DNA from: Bugula neritina
Lineage: Eukaryota > Animalia > Bryozoa
Length of the DNA: 64,000 nucleotides
Direction of reading: 5' to 3'
Assembly (NCBI GenBank): GCA_964035545.1
Contig: OZ037765.1
Coordinates: 23,063,504-23,127,503 of the forward strand
A program made the translations under genes and the position numbers. Of the stretch, positions 40,901 through 52,754 are shown piece after piece. Within the stretch, counting starts at the first letter, position 1, and each line of letters opens with the position of its first letter. The notes below the pieces were generated by a model that ran no database searches, was not told the origin of the DNA, and saw nothing but the letters and a program-made list of their open reading frames with translations.

Positions 40901-43900
40901 AGTCCAGAAAGTTGTCAAGTCTGTAGATTCCTCAGCTAGGGGAATTTGATAGAAACCTTCTTTGGCGTCACACAAGGAGAAAAACTTGGCGCCGTTGAGT
41001 TGTGGCAAAACATCTTCCAATGTTGGCATGACAGCGTGGTTTCGTTTAATTGCTTGATTGAGATTTTGCGGATCTATGCAGATGCGTATCTTTCCATTAG
41101 GCTTGCGCACTGGTTGTAGATGGCTTATCCAGTCTGTAGGTGCTTCTACCTTAGCGACAATTTGACGTTGTTCTAGTTCAAGAATAGTCTTGATGAGATC
41201 TGATTTCATCGACAAGGGCACCTTCCGCGGTCGGACTTGCACTGGTACAGCTTCAGGTCTTAGCTCTATCCTATATTCCTGTTCAAACTTTCCAAGTCCG
41301 GTAAATATGTCATCAAAGTTAGTCAGTAAAGTCTGAAGGTCTGGGTCAGTAGTGGCAAAGTTTACATTCTCGCTTTTGGTGCTGGGCATTTGTAATAAAT
41401 CCAGGTGCAAACATGATTTCCATGACAGCAAGCTATGTTGGGTGGTTTCCACAACTAGGAATTTTAATGTAGTGTAACATCCTTGCTTGTTTAGTATCTG
41501 TATCCGTGTCCACCCTAGTGGTGCACACTTGCTCTGGTCATATAAAGTTAGTACAGTATCAGTCGGTGTAAGTTTCGGTCTACCTAGCTTGTCGTAGTCG
41601 ATCGTATTCAAAGTATTGCATGATGCACCAGTGTCAAGTTGGAATTCAATGTCATAAATAGTATCTGCTTGCTTAGCAGTGAGCATCGCTAATAATTTAC
41701 GATCTCGTACAGTAGTGGAGATAGTACTTACATGTTGAGAGTCACTGTCTGAAGAGTAATTCCAGGTGACTTGATTGGCTGTTTCGGTTGAGTCGCGATA
41801 ATGATGCATGCGTGACCTGCAGTATGCAGCAAAGTGGTTAAATTTCTTGCAATGATTGCACTGTTTCCCATATGCTGGGCATGCTCGAGGTGGGTGATTG
41901 CCTCCACAGTTTCCACACCTAGAAGCACCAACTGATTTTCTGACGTTGGGCTGAGAGTGAGTGTGTGAAAGTTGTCCTCTGTGTTTATCAGTGTTACGAG
42001 TGTCATTAGAGTGATATTGATGAGTCGGAGGTCTATGTTTTACCAAGTTCACTTGTTCGAGTCCATATGTGTTATCCTTAGTCATAGTCTTGTAGTCAAT
42101 AGCCGATGCTTCTTCTCGTCTGCAGAGTTCAATTGCTTTGTCAAAGTCAGTCAAGTCAAACAGTTTCTTTCTAATCTTGTCACTTTCAATTCCCAGTATC
42201 AGTGCTTGTAGTATCAGTCGGTTGTACATGTCTTTTAAGTCACATAGTCCTGCAATGGTATGTAGTTCAGTCAAAAATTCGTCAATAGTTCTATTTCCTT
42301 GCTTACAAGTCAGTAGTGAGTGAGTCTTAGCCACTAAGTTTATTCTTGGTTTGCAGTAGTCATCAAACTGTGTCACAACTTTGTCATAGTCAGTTTTGTC
42401 ATTGTTGTCAGTCCAGTTGAAAGAGTCGTATATTTGGTTGCCTCGGCGACCGATAGTTCTAAGTAGGTATGCAGTTTTCACTTTGCCTTCGGCTGTATCT
42501 TTCGATGTGGCAGTTAAAAAAAGTTCGAAGTCACGTTTAAAAATCTTCCATTCCTCAGGTAAATTCGGTCCATCTGCTAATGGTTTTGGCGCTAGTAATT
42601 GCTCCATGTTATTTCAGTGTAATATTAATAATAATTAGACTCGGGGCACCATGTTTTATGTTGATTTGTGATATTATTTCAGCTATCGTGAAAAGACAGA
42701 ACGTGCTCGAGTTAGTTGATAAACGTAAGAGGCCGAAGCCGTGATTTATTACCACAATATATATACACGAAAATACTAAAACTATTACAATAAGTGATAC
42801 AATTAATTATTAAGATTAAGACAAAAAATAGTAAAATAATAAAATAACAAATTAGAAATAAATGTTTACATGAACACCGAACAATAATGATAAACTTAAG
42901 CTTGAAGTTTGACCAAGTTAAACTAACGTATACTTAGTCTCATAGTGATATACTATAATACTTGACTATTATTCATTATTGTAACTTCAACTTATGAGTT
43001 TTCAGTTTTTGAGAGTTTTAATTTTAAGTTGATAACTATTTTTACTTTTAGTGATTCATCAATATCACTATCAGTACTTGAAATTAATGCCTATGCCTAT
43101 GGCTATGATTTGTGAGTAATTATTTAGTCACTTTGATTAATTATTACTAAAAATAAAACTGGTCCAAGTTTACATACTAACTGTTACGCTGGCTTGAGTA
43201 CTTGCTAAGCTCAAAGTGAAGTACCTGAATTCGAAATTCCTTTAGACTTAGTTTTACAGTTGCCAGTGACTTGGTTCAATTTCAAATTGCTAGTGGCTTG
43301 GTTTCAATATCAAATTGTCCACTTTACTTTTGCAAGTCAATAGATTTAGTAATAAGTGATACATAAAAAACTATCTATCAACAAGATGACTTAAATAGAC
43401 TAAGCTTTAAATTTGTATTGACTAGCAGTAGCCACAATTTTTTTCAAGTTTGAACCGATCTAGGTTTTAAGTTGCTTGATTTAAGTTTCAGTATTGGTTT
43501 GATCTAATACGGTTATAGCAAGCTGTCGATAAGTTTGTTGAATCTTATCAATTTTTTAGTGTTTTAATAAAGTTAAAAGATATATTCATATTGATAATCA
43601 ATTTTTCTTGGTATTAAATTGTCTTTTTAACTGCATAACAGTAGTTCTTGTCGCTTCTATCGTTCACTTTTTGTTTTTGATCATAACTAGAAATAGAGTT
43701 GGAAATATTTAGAACTGAACCTTCTAATTCTCTTTTTTAACTGATAAATAATTACTCTGTCATTTCTACTAAATATGTACATATAATTTAGTGTTTAAGT
43801 TAGTTCAAATTTAAGTCAACGCAATGTATTCCTTAACTTGATATGAATTACTGTGACATCCATCTAGCTTTGCTTGTTTGTTATCCTTCATTTACTGGTG

Positions 43901-45225
43901 TCTTGAAATTATGTTTCAATATACTTTTTAAGAATTAGCTGATTTGATGTAATTCAATTTTATCAAAAGCTACTCATAAATAGGTTATGTTGACTCTTAG
44001 AAAAATATCTTTGTTAGCAATAATGTATGATTATCGATAAACCTATTACAGATACAATGCCTATTGACTAAAATATTATTCAGTCATAAAATTTATATTC
44101 TTTATGGTGTAAATTAAAGCTAATCATTTGTTTCAATATACCTAGTTTTTTATATTAATAGTTTTACCAATATTATTAGGTAATAAGCCTATAGGACTCA
44201 TTTAGTTGAATAACTCAAGGTAAATTCACAAGGTTTTTGAACTCCTAAGAATTTTTCTTGCGTTAATGAACCCTGACTACTATGCATGTAAATTGTAGTA
44301 GTATAAAATCTGAATGTACTGTCTTTAGTTCTCGCAGATAATTGAATACCACCTTGTACGTTATTTTTTACTGAAGTGCTCTCTAAAATTGACATGAAAA
44401 TAGAGTTATTTTATCTATTTCTAACCAAAATATCACTACGTTTCAATTCATGCGTTGTTCTCTATTAATTTTTATTCTACAATAGTACATTTCAATTTTT
44501 GGTATTTTTCTTATGTTAACTTTTCTTTTAATTTTAGCTTGGTTCAAGGCTGTGCAGAGTTTCTCTGTTCTCACACTGTTCAGTGTATTCATTTCCTGCT
44601 TTTTCCTGTTGGCTGGTCGGTGTAATAAATCACTGCGTCTGTGTGGTTATGGCGGTTCTGCTGTCTTCTCAGTCATTACAAGTAAGTGCTGTCTAACTGT
44701 ATCAATAGTGTTAGTCAGCTATATGCTCAGTTTTAAAAACCTATCAAAAAATATTTGGTGGCCCAATTGCTCCATATACTGGTATTACTAGTTATAAACT
44801 TTGCAACAAAATGAAATTAGTCTTGAAGTAATACTAATCATAATTCACAAAGTAAAGAATGAATTACATTATAAAACCTGATTGCTATTAACAATTTTGT
44901 GAATCATTTAGACTTTAGATGGTGGTGGAATTTATTATATATGAACTAAAAATTTCTATTGATCAAAAAATGTATGTAATGAGTAATTGATGATGGTGAT
45001 TTTATTGTAGCTCTTTGTGGACTGTTGTGTGTGGTCATATTTGGAGCCTGTGCGAAAGATCCTCAGTTGTATAGACTTCCAATGCCCCAATATAACTATT
45101 TTGGCGCTGGATTTGCTTTGATGATTATTTGTGTTCTGTCAGCTGGATTTTGTGTTTCTTTCCTAATTGGTGCCATCTCGGAAAGTAATGATTCAAAGGA
45201 AACTAATTCAAAGTATAGACAATGA
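37965..45225 (+). CDS. Invertebrate claudin (PMP22/claudin superfamily, pickel/megatrachea-like); 3 exons, 203 aa
   Basis: Exons 37965-38217, 44538-44681 and 45011-45225 (612 nt, phases match). Claudin signature W...GLWEVC...C (FSRIGLWEVCFTAFTDP..GCWWIF), NP|AWFKAVQ, and four hydrophobic segments. Confidence 0.88.
38384..42883 (-). mobile_element. Intact Ty3/Gypsy LTR retrotransposon A (Mag-like, single ORF), antisense in claudin intron 1
   Basis: 232-bp LTRs at 38384-38615 and 42652-42883 (TG..CA, identical by eye). 5-bp TSD ataat (38379-38383 and 42884-42888). PBS TGGTGCCCCG next to the 5' LTR; short PPT gtgggaga next to the 3' LTR. Confidence 0.97.
38657..42607 (-). CDS. Gag-Pol polyprotein of element A (1316 aa)
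   Basis: Twin CCHC knuckles (CGNCGGNH..C, CNHCKKFNHFAAYC), protease LDTGA, RT VADD, RNase H TDAS..ELE..TDHKPL, integrase HHCC and D-D-E (DLF, TDNGPQF, NGKAES). PR-RT-RH-IN order is Gypsy. Confidence 0.97.
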   Translation of the reverse strand: MEQLLAPKPLADGPNLPEEWKIFKRDFELFLTATSKDTAEGKVKTAYLLRTIGRRGNQIYDSFNWTDNNDKTDYDKVVTQFDDYCKPRINLVAKTHSLLTCKQGNRTIDEFLTELHTIAGLCDLKDMYNRLILQALILGIESDKIRKKLFDLTDFDKAIELCRREEASAIDYKTMTKDNTYGLEQVNLVKHRPPTHQYHSNDTRNTDKHRGQLSHTHSQPNVRKSVGASRCGNCGGNHPPRACPAYGKQCNHCKKFNHFAAYCRSRMHHYRDSTETANQVTWNYSSDSDSQHVSTISTTVRDRKLLAMLTAKQADTIYDIEFQLDTGASCNTLNTIDYDKLGRPKLTPTDTVLTLYDQSKCAPLGWTRIQILNKQGCYTTLKFLVVETTQHSLLSWKSCLHLDLLQMPSTKSENVNFATTDPDLQTLLTNFDDIFTGLGKFEQEYRIELRPEAVPVQVRPRKVPLSMKSDLIKTILELEQRQIVAKVEAPTDWISHLQPVRKPNGKIRICIDPQNLNQAIKRNHAVMPTLEDVLPQLNGAKFFSLCDAKEGFYQIPLAEESTDLTTFWTPIGKYKYLRLPFGIASAPEEFQRRLTENLAGLDGITIVADDILIFGSTRKEHDRNLEALFKRARQTGLRLNKEKSRFLQDELPYIGHILTTNGLKPDPNKVKAILKMKPPSSPQGVKRFLGHITYMSKFISNLASESEPLRRLLTQDNAQDFHWTDDQMNAFNRLKTLLTDSETLQYFDCNKPVTIQTDASNAGVGATLMQGGKPVAYASRSLTKSEQNYVPLELECLAIVFGTERFDQYIFGHHAVTIQTDHKPLVSIFRKSIHKASRRLQAMLLHLQRYPNIKVTWQKGAEQITADLLSRDSYFDSPNYQQLPEHIFHIDSQNNDAPVCDDLIDNIRTATAQDNELMTLTNLIKHDWNIANCTTHDKYKHFQDELSIDNGIVYKGLRAIIPKTLQRKFLQLLHTGHNGINSTLRRARHTVFWLGITNDIKNNIANCRQCQLDAPRQQKETLLLHTVPQQPWTKVGIDLFEYNHTHYITIVDYTTDYLEYDRLDNQTAEAVINSIKRCFGRLGIPRQVHTDNGPQFTSHQFSTFSQSWNFTHTTSSPYHPQSNGKAESAVKIAKRILRRCEEPELALLEHLNTTKEGLTASPIQQLIGRPTRSVLPQVRPETENNQGWWEKQGRNEKLQQRCNDGARDLAVLKEGQPVLVRDWSQHRRKWQEAQINKQLSSRAYAIQLNNNLFRRNRRDIRPLVTEPASPETPKDPKQNASSTQVDTTESANHSDNLRRSTRERKPPSWMADYVPS

Positions 45226-46074
45226 TATGTGAAAACCGTATAAATAATTTTATATATCTTTTTTTTCTCTGTCTCTATTGGGGTGGCATGGTATGTAAAA
45301 ATAGTTAGACAATATACACGTAACACATTCCATTTTCTTCTAAGATTCTAAAGAAAAAAAGCTGCCTTGTACATATTTATAAAAGCTACTCGTGTTTGCT
45401 AACCATTAGTAATATTTTATACATGTATTTTCATTATGTTATTTTACAAATTATTGTTATATACTTATTTTTTATTCAATGACATTCCATGGTAAAATAA
45501 ACTTTGAAAAAAGTTTGAAGTTGTCTTCTTTTATATGCACTAGCAAATTATTCTAAATATGCATTGCTTAATTTAATTAGTTATTCATAGAATATAATAT
45601 TTAGAAGATTCTCAGAGTCAAAATTTGTTAAAATTGCAACAGGCTAAAATTGTTTCATGAGATCGTGTAAAATTTTGAACCAGAGTTGCCTTCCCTCGTA
45701 AAAGGAGCATACAGCTACTTCAAGTGGAATATACTAATTATAAATTATGATTCTAACAATTTAATAGATTATTGACAAGCTTAACTGAAAAAAATTGAAA
45801 GCTGCAGAGCATGTGCTTACATTAACATGTTTATTAAAAGTTGCCAAACTACTATAACTGCTGCATGCAGTTTCATGTTTGAATGATAGACAAATTTATT
45901 CTTCTGAATGAGTTTGCTAATGGCCGGGGCATGTTACTTAGATTTTCTACACATTACTATGAGCTTAAACAACTGAGAAAAGTACAATGTTAGTTGTTAT
46001 TCCAAAGTATAAAATATGTATGGTTGCAATTCTATTGTACACCGCCAATAATAATTAATGATCAATTAATAGAT

Positions 46075-46402
46075 CAAAGCTGTCCAACAGGCAGCCCCAG
46101 GGCTGGATGTGCCCCCCACAGCCTACATTTATGTGGCCCCAAAGGCATAAAACTAAAATTGTTTTCACAGTTCACATAAATTAAAGTGAAAAACCACCTG
46201 TTCAATGTCTTATTTATACACATGCTACAAAACATACAGCTTGCATTAACTATTAGAACTTGATTCATAAGAATTTGGAATAAAATAATTTCAAAAATAC
46301 TGACACTGTGGCCCCCTGTAGAAGCTAATGTTTACAATGTAGCCCTCACCATGAAATATTTCTTTTCAGTGGCCCTCACTCTGAAAAGGTTAGACACTCC
46401 TG
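46075..46402 (+). mobile_element. Degenerate non-autonomous hAT-like MITE
   Basis: Ends caaagctgtccaac and ggttagacactcctg resemble CAGGGGTGTCCAAC-type hAT TIRs; repeated subterminal tgtggccc motifs. The 8-bp flanks match only partly (taatagat vs ttatggac). Confidence 0.6.
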
Positions 46403-47924
46403 TTATGGACCATTTCGCATATGATGGTAAGTTATACTAATTCATGTTTTACACAAAAATCAGTTGTTTACTATTCAATATTTACAGATTAAGTTTAGTG
46501 CTAATAAGTGCCTCTAATATTGACTCTATATTAGTGTCACAATTCCTGTCTTGTGCAACTAAAAAGTTGCACAATCTGCACTACATGTTATGATATGCTG
46601 TAAAGAAAATATAGCAGTCTCCAGTGAAAGTTGAACCTTTACAGCACCTTGGTGTGTGACATGATCCTCTATGCTTCATACAACTACACCAGCTTGAAAA
46701 AGAAGCTCACTTTACAAAATATATAACAGATGGAGCTCATTGGCCTAGATATAAATAGATTTGCACATCAAACTAAAAAGGTCTTGAGTTTTTCTCAAGT
46801 AACTATTTGACCGGTTTTTGTAAACTGCGTAAACGGAAAAGCGGAAATTTCTGCAAAAACGGCGGAAAAGTACTTAACCGAGCAATTTTTTTAGTAATCG
46901 CTGCGTAATACTTTTGTGTATGCACGAAGCATAGGTTTTAGTTGAAAAATGACACAACTCTATTATTAAAATAATCTTGCATTAAGAAAACCTCGGCAAC
47001 GTGTTTAGTACTTAGTCTATTTCATCCCTCACAATCAACGTGATATCTTCAACTCTACAAGTACACCCCTTCAACTGAACAGCTTATATCTTTTTGCTTG
47101 AACCTAAAATTTTCACTTCGACTTTCCAATACAACAAATAAAGCTAGAGATGGGTAAGCTCAATCTGCTTATAAATTATTAATACCATTTTTAAACTAAA
47201 TAATTGTCGATTAAAATAATAATCTAAATCACATTTATATTAACGATTAAATTTAATAAATAATAATATTAATAGAAATATTAATAATACTAATACTAAT
47301 AGTAATACTAATACTAATAGTAATAGTAATACTCAATAGTAATAGTAATGCTCTAATAGTAATAGTATCACTTTTACTAATACTAATAGTAATACTAATA
47401 GTAATAGCGTTTAATTAATAATATAAATAATAAATAATATACTTATACTTAAACTTATAGTGATAATTATATATTAACTTGTAGATTACGATATCATTTT
47501 AACTTTAGGTATTGAATTACATTTATTATAATTATAATTGTATTACTAATACTAATATTAATACTAATAGTAAATGTAATACTATTAGTATAACTATTAA
47601 ACTTAGTGCTACTAGTTCTATTACTATGTCTATTGTCTATTAGTATCACTATTACTATTAAACTTAGTATAACTATAAGTATAAGTATTATGTTAATTAA
47701 TAATATTTTAGTATTAAATTAATTATTAATAATAATAATATAATCATTGTCATTATATAAAGTGTAGTATTATTATTATTATTTTAATATAATTTTGTAT
47801 TATTAATAATAATAATTCATAATTGTATTGGTATTCTTATTCTAATACTGTAGTAGTAATTCACATCTGCTTATCTTATGTTTATTTTAATTCATTTAAT
47901 TATATATGTAATTCACTAACCAGT

Positions 47925-50900
47925 TGTTATATTATTATGTGTCTTTTGTTTATCACTAATTACGGACTAGCGAGATGCTACGTTATAATGTCATGTGCAT
48001 TTGTTTATTAAAATACATATTGGGTCAAGGACGAACGAGAGACTACGAGATGAAAGATGTCAGCCTACAGTAGATAAACACGCCGATAGACTTTGTGATA
48101 AAATAATTATAAATCAGTACTATACTTTTGGTCCTTGTATTTCCCCTGGCCGGCCAGTCCCCACTTTATTGTTCTTTCGATATTTCAATGTCATGCCTAC
48201 ATACTTCGAGTAACTCTCAGGTAATTATATACTCACTATACTTAATGTTTCATGGTGGCAGCTAGATCGTACTCGCACCCTACTTTGCCACTGGAGTGGT
48301 GATTGTTTAGCTTTTAGTTGTTTGTTGTTGTGGACTGTGTTGGTCTGCCTTGGAGCTGTCATGGAGGGTTTGAAGGCCCCTGGAGAATTATCATTTGAAG
48401 GTAATGTGTCAGACAATTGGAGGAAGTGGAGAAGGGCCTTGGAAAATTATTTGCTTGCAAGTGATTTGGTTTTGAAGCCTCAAGAGAGTGGCCAAGAGCC
48501 TCCTCCTGAGAATGCGGGTATTAATAGACGTCAGGTTGCTATACTTCTGAACCAGGCTGGTGAGGAAGCTACTGAGATTTATGGTCAATTTGACTTTCCC
48601 GCAGGTAAAAGCAAGGATGTTATGGCTGATGTTTTGGAGCAGTTTGAAGCCTATTGCAATCCCCGGCGTAACGTGTTGTATGAATGGTTTGTTTTTTGGT
48701 CTCTCAGTCAGGGTGATGGAGAGCCCATTGACACCTTTGTGAAACGTCTAAAAACTCAAGCTACAAAATGTGATTTTGGCGAATTGCGAGACCGAATGCT
48801 TCTCTGCAGAATTGTGTTTGGACTCACTGATGGAAAGCTGAAGGAGCGGCTACTCCGTGACAAAAACGTTAAACTTGAGAGTGCCTTAGATGACATCCGT
48901 GCTGCTGAGATTACCAAACAGCAGATGTCAAGGATGGCTGCCGGTGATACTACTATGAAGACAGTCAATGAGATAAATGATGCTGCAGTCAGCACTGTGC
49001 AGAGTCAGCCTAGCGCTACGCAAAATAAAACCAGAAGTAACACACGTAAGGACAACATAGATTGCAAATTTTGTGGATATACACATGCCAAAGGTAGATG
49101 TCCTGCTTATGGCGAGACATGTCATAACTGCGGGAAGAAAAATCACTTTGAGAAAGTCTGCAAAGGCAAAGCTCTTGCAGCGAAACAAATGAATAGCTTG
49201 TTCATAGGTGCTGTTGGTGCTCTTTCTAATGAATCTAAATTGAAATCTTGGATTCTTCCGATGAAAGTCAGTGACAAAGGAAAGGCCAATGATATTCAGT
49301 TTAAGATTGATACTGGAGCTGAAACAAATTGCATCAACCTAAGAACCGTTCAGTCACTTGGTGCTACTCTAAAGCCCACTTCTGTATGCCTTTACGGCTA
49401 TAATAAGGCCAAGATCAAGAATGTGGGTGCAGTTCAACTCACCGTGAACCACAAGGAGCATAGCCAGAGTGTCCACTTCGAGGTGGTTGATGAGGACCTT
49501 CCTCCCATACTTGGCCTCGAGGCTGCTGAATCTTTTGGTCTGATCCGCAGAGTTGATCAGTTGTCAACCTCGATACTTCAGGAGTTCCCTGAGGTGTTTG
49601 AAGGCGTTGGCAGACTTGATGGAGAGCACGAGATATGTGTTGACGAGAATGTGAAGCCTGTGGTTCATCATCCAAGACGTGTCCCACTCAGTATGTTAGA
49701 CAAAGTGAAAAAGGAACTGGATGATATGGAGGCATCTGGAATCATATCTAAGGTTGACGTACCAACCAACTGGGTGAGTAGTATGGTATGCGTTGAAAAG
49801 AAAGATGGGTCGGTTCGTATATGCCTAGACCCCAAGGACCTGAACAGAGCAGTGAGACGAGAACATCACAAGATACCCACATTAGAAGACATTGCCTTCA
49901 GATTCAATGGTATGCAATACTACACCATCATGGACATGAAACATGGATACTGGCATGTAGCCTTGACCAAAGAGAGTAGTCTGCTCACAACGTTCAACAC
50001 CCCATATGGTCGCTACTGTTTTGATAGACTTCCATTTGGTCTTCACTCAAGTGCTGAAGTCTTTGAGAAGAAGGTGGAGCAAATATTTGGAGACTTGCCT
50101 GGTGTCTCAGTGTATTTTGATGACATCATTGTAGCTGGAAAGACACAACAGGAACATGATGCCAATCTGAGAAAGCTATTGGTAAAGGCCAAAGAGGCTA
50201 ATGTGAAGTTTAATCGCAAGAAGATTCAGTTGAATCAGACGGAGGTACGCTATTTAGGCCATATAGTATCGAAAGATGGTCTGCGTCCTGACCCAGACAA
50301 GATAGCTGCTATTGAGGCCATGCCTGACCCAACAGACCGAGAGGGAGTACAAAGACTGATTGGTACTCTCAATTTTCTAAGAGCCTACATACCCAACATG
50401 TCAGCCTGTACTGAGCCCTTGAGAGTGCTACTGAAGAGTGATAGTCAGTGGGTGTGGTCCAAAGAACAAATGGAAAGCTTCCAGGTAATTAAACGCTTGC
50501 TTACATCCGAACCTGTCTTGCAGTATTTTGATGTTACCAAGGATGCGCATTTACAAGTTGACGCTTCAAAGTCGGGACTTGGTGCAGTGTTACTACAGGA
50601 AGGTAAACCTGTTGCATACGCTTCACGCAGCTTAACTGAGGCTGAGTGCAACTATCCCCAAATAGATAAGGAGCTGCTAGCAGTTGTGTTCGGCTGTGAG
50701 CGCTTTCACAGCTACCTCTATGGACGTGCTGTTCACATACAGACGGATCATAAACCTCTCGTCCCGATAATGAACAAGTCGTTGCACAAGGCATCCCCAA
50801 GGCTGCAAAGACTACTTCTGCGACTACAAAGATACCGGATAGCTGAGTTCACATATGTTCCGGGCAAGTATTTATATATTGCTGACACACTATCCCGAGC

Positions 50901-52754
50901 CTACCTTCAACGCGTTACAAATGATCAGTGTGATCTCGAAGGTGAAGTTGTGATGGTTCATGCCTTAGAAACCGATGATAGCACCATGAATGAGATGAGA
51001 CAGTCATATGCTGAAGACCCGACAATGGACAGTCTGAAAAAAGCACTGCAAGATGGTTGGTCATGGAGTAGACGGAGTCAGGCCCCCACAGAAATCCAAC
51101 CCTACTGGAATGTTAGATCTGACATCTATGATGTGGATGGATTTCTTTACGTTGAAGAGCGGCTTATAGTTCCGAAGTCACAGAGGAAGCACATTCTAAA
51201 GTCGCTACACATGGGCCACCTGGGCGTTGAGAAATGCAGAGAGCTTGCGAGGAAATCATTCTATTGGCCTGGGCTATCTGCTGATATACGGAATGAAGTG
51301 TCAAGTTGCCTCACCTGCGCTAAGTTTTCCAACCGTCAACAGAAAGAGCCGTTAATGTCTCATGAACTGCCAAGTCTACCATGGAATAAAGTGGCTATGG
51401 ATATACTGTCCTATAAGAATAATGATTACTTGGTAGTTGTGGACTGTTACTCTCACTTCCCCGAGCTGAGATTACTCAGGAGAAAGACTGCTGAAGACGT
51501 GGTTTTGGCATTAAAATCCATATTTGCTGTACACGGGGTGCCAGTGTCCATTCTGGCGGACAACATGCCTTTCAGCAGTAGAATCATGCAGACTTTTGCA
51601 TCAAGCTGGTGCTTCACCATTGTAACATCTAGTCCGCACTACCCTAAGTCCAATGGAATGGCTGAGCGTTATGTGCAAACGATGAAAGCCTTTCTAAAAA
51701 AATGTGAGGATGAAGGAGAGGATATATACAGGTCACTACTCAGATACAGGCAATCTCCTATCACTGGCTGTGCTTTCAGTCCAGCTGAGCTTCTGTTCAA
51801 CAGAGCCCTAAGAAGTGATTTGCCAATCACTGCCGAGTCGCTTAAACCAGTTGTTATTGAGGCTAGCCAACAACTAATAGCCAACCAAAACTTGCAGAAG
51901 AAGTACCATGACCGCCATGCACGGCCGTTGGCTAATCTGGAACCTGGGACTCCTGCACTAATCAGGTCAAGCACTGACAAAGAATGGTCGCCAGGAATGA
52001 TTGTCGAACAGCATGACTCCCCCAGATCCTACTTGGTTGACAACGGTCAGTCTATAGTGCGTAGGAATCGTGTTCACCTCAAACCAGATAACACACAGAC
52101 CCTTGGTGTCGCTGATGCTGCTGATACTGATGTTGGAGATGCTCCTAATGAATCCCCCCACATGCCTGCCCTGCCTGCAACACCTCTCAGGAACGCGGCA
52201 CCACCACCAGAGCGTCAACCCAGAAGCAACCGTGGAGTCCTCCCCGCTAAATACAAGGACTTCCACATGGGATAAGCTATTAGCCGTTTCCCACCCTGTA
52301 CATAGTTATTTAGTTTCATTGTTAATCCCCAATCCATATTAATCATGTATACTCGTATCATATTATTAATCCCAGCAACCTTAATCACAATGTTATAGAA
52401 GGAAGTCACCTGCTTAAGAAGGGAGATGTTATATTATTATGTGTCTTTTGTTTATCACTAATTACGGACTAGCGAGATGCTACGTTATAATGTCATGTGC
52501 ATTTGTTTATTAAAATACATATTGGGTCAAGGACGAACGAGAGACTACGAGATGAAAGATGTCAGCCTACAGTAGATAAACACGCCGATAGACTTTGTGA
52601 TAAAATAATTATAAATCAGTACTATACTTTTGGTCCTTGTATTTCCCCTGGCCGGCCAGTCCCCACTTTATTGTTCTTTCGATATTTCAATGTCATGCCT
52701 ACATACTTCGAGTAACTCTCAGGTAATTATATACTCACTATACTTAATGTTTCA
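47925..52754 (+). mobile_element. Intact Ty3/Gypsy LTR retrotransposon B (Mag-like, single ORF)
   Basis: 328-bp LTRs at 47925-48252 and 52427-52754 (TG..CA, identical by eye). 5-bp TSD ccagt (47920-47924 and 52755-52759). PBS TGGTGGCAGC at 48253 (tRNA-Leu-like); PPT aagaagggaga at 52416-52426. Confidence 0.97.
48361..52275 (+). CDS. Gag-Pol polyprotein of element B (likely ATG at 48361, MEGLKAP)
   Basis: Twin CCHC knuckles (CKFCGYTH..C, CHNCGKKNHFEKVC), protease IDTGA, RT YFDD, RNase H VDAS..TDHKPL, integrase HHCC and D-D-E (NGMAE). Uninterrupted frame. Confidence 0.96.
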   Translation: MEGLKAPGELSFEGNVSDNWRKWRRALENYLLASDLVLKPQESGQEPPPENAGINRRQVAILLNQAGEEATEIYGQFDFPAGKSKDVMADVLEQFEAYCNPRRNVLYEWFVFWSLSQGDGEPIDTFVKRLKTQATKCDFGELRDRMLLCRIVFGLTDGKLKERLLRDKNVKLESALDDIRAAEITKQQMSRMAAGDTTMKTVNEINDAAVSTVQSQPSATQNKTRSNTRKDNIDCKFCGYTHAKGRCPAYGETCHNCGKKNHFEKVCKGKALAAKQMNSLFIGAVGALSNESKLKSWILPMKVSDKGKANDIQFKIDTGAETNCINLRTVQSLGATLKPTSVCLYGYNKAKIKNVGAVQLTVNHKEHSQSVHFEVVDEDLPPILGLEAAESFGLIRRVDQLSTSILQEFPEVFEGVGRLDGEHEICVDENVKPVVHHPRRVPLSMLDKVKKELDDMEASGIISKVDVPTNWVSSMVCVEKKDGSVRICLDPKDLNRAVRREHHKIPTLEDIAFRFNGMQYYTIMDMKHGYWHVALTKESSLLTTFNTPYGRYCFDRLPFGLHSSAEVFEKKVEQIFGDLPGVSVYFDDIIVAGKTQQEHDANLRKLLVKAKEANVKFNRKKIQLNQTEVRYLGHIVSKDGLRPDPDKIAAIEAMPDPTDREGVQRLIGTLNFLRAYIPNMSACTEPLRVLLKSDSQWVWSKEQMESFQVIKRLLTSEPVLQYFDVTKDAHLQVDASKSGLGAVLLQEGKPVAYASRSLTEAECNYPQIDKELLAVVFGCERFHSYLYGRAVHIQTDHKPLVPIMNKSLHKASPRLQRLLLRLQRYRIAEFTYVPGKYLYIADTLSRAYLQRVTNDQCDLEGEVVMVHALETDDSTMNEMRQSYAEDPTMDSLKKALQDGWSWSRRSQAPTEIQPYWNVRSDIYDVDGFLYVEERLIVPKSQRKHILKSLHMGHLGVEKCRELARKSFYWPGLSADIRNEVSSCLTCAKFSNRQQKEPLMSHELPSLPWNKVAMDILSYKNNDYLVVVDCYSHFPELRLLRRKTAEDVVLALKSIFAVHGVPVSILADNMPFSSRIMQTFASSWCFTIVTSSPHYPKSNGMAERYVQTMKAFLKKCEDEGEDIYRSLLRYRQSPITGCAFSPAELLFNRALRSDLPITAESLKPVVIEASQQLIANQNLQKKYHDRHARPLANLEPGTPALIRSSTDKEWSPGMIVEQHDSPRSYLVDNGQSIVRRNRVHLKPDNTQTLGVADAADTDVGDAPNESPHMPALPATPLRNAAPPPERQPRSNRGVLPAKYKDFHMG

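Noticed and set aside
51550-51580. Integrase motif ADNMPF instead of DNGPQF in element B
   Set aside because: The catalytic Asp and the reading frame are intact and the element inserted recently, so this is treated as a family variant and not a defect.
38729-52409. Short antisense or alternative-frame ORFs overlapping both Gag-Pol genes
   Set aside because: Expected shadows of GC-richer coding DNA; no recognisable motifs and no env-like ORF.
47995-52715. Two identical 72-aa ORFs (47995-48213 and 52497-52715)
   Set aside because: They lie within the two LTRs of Gypsy B and start at a non-ATG codon; they only confirm LTR identity.
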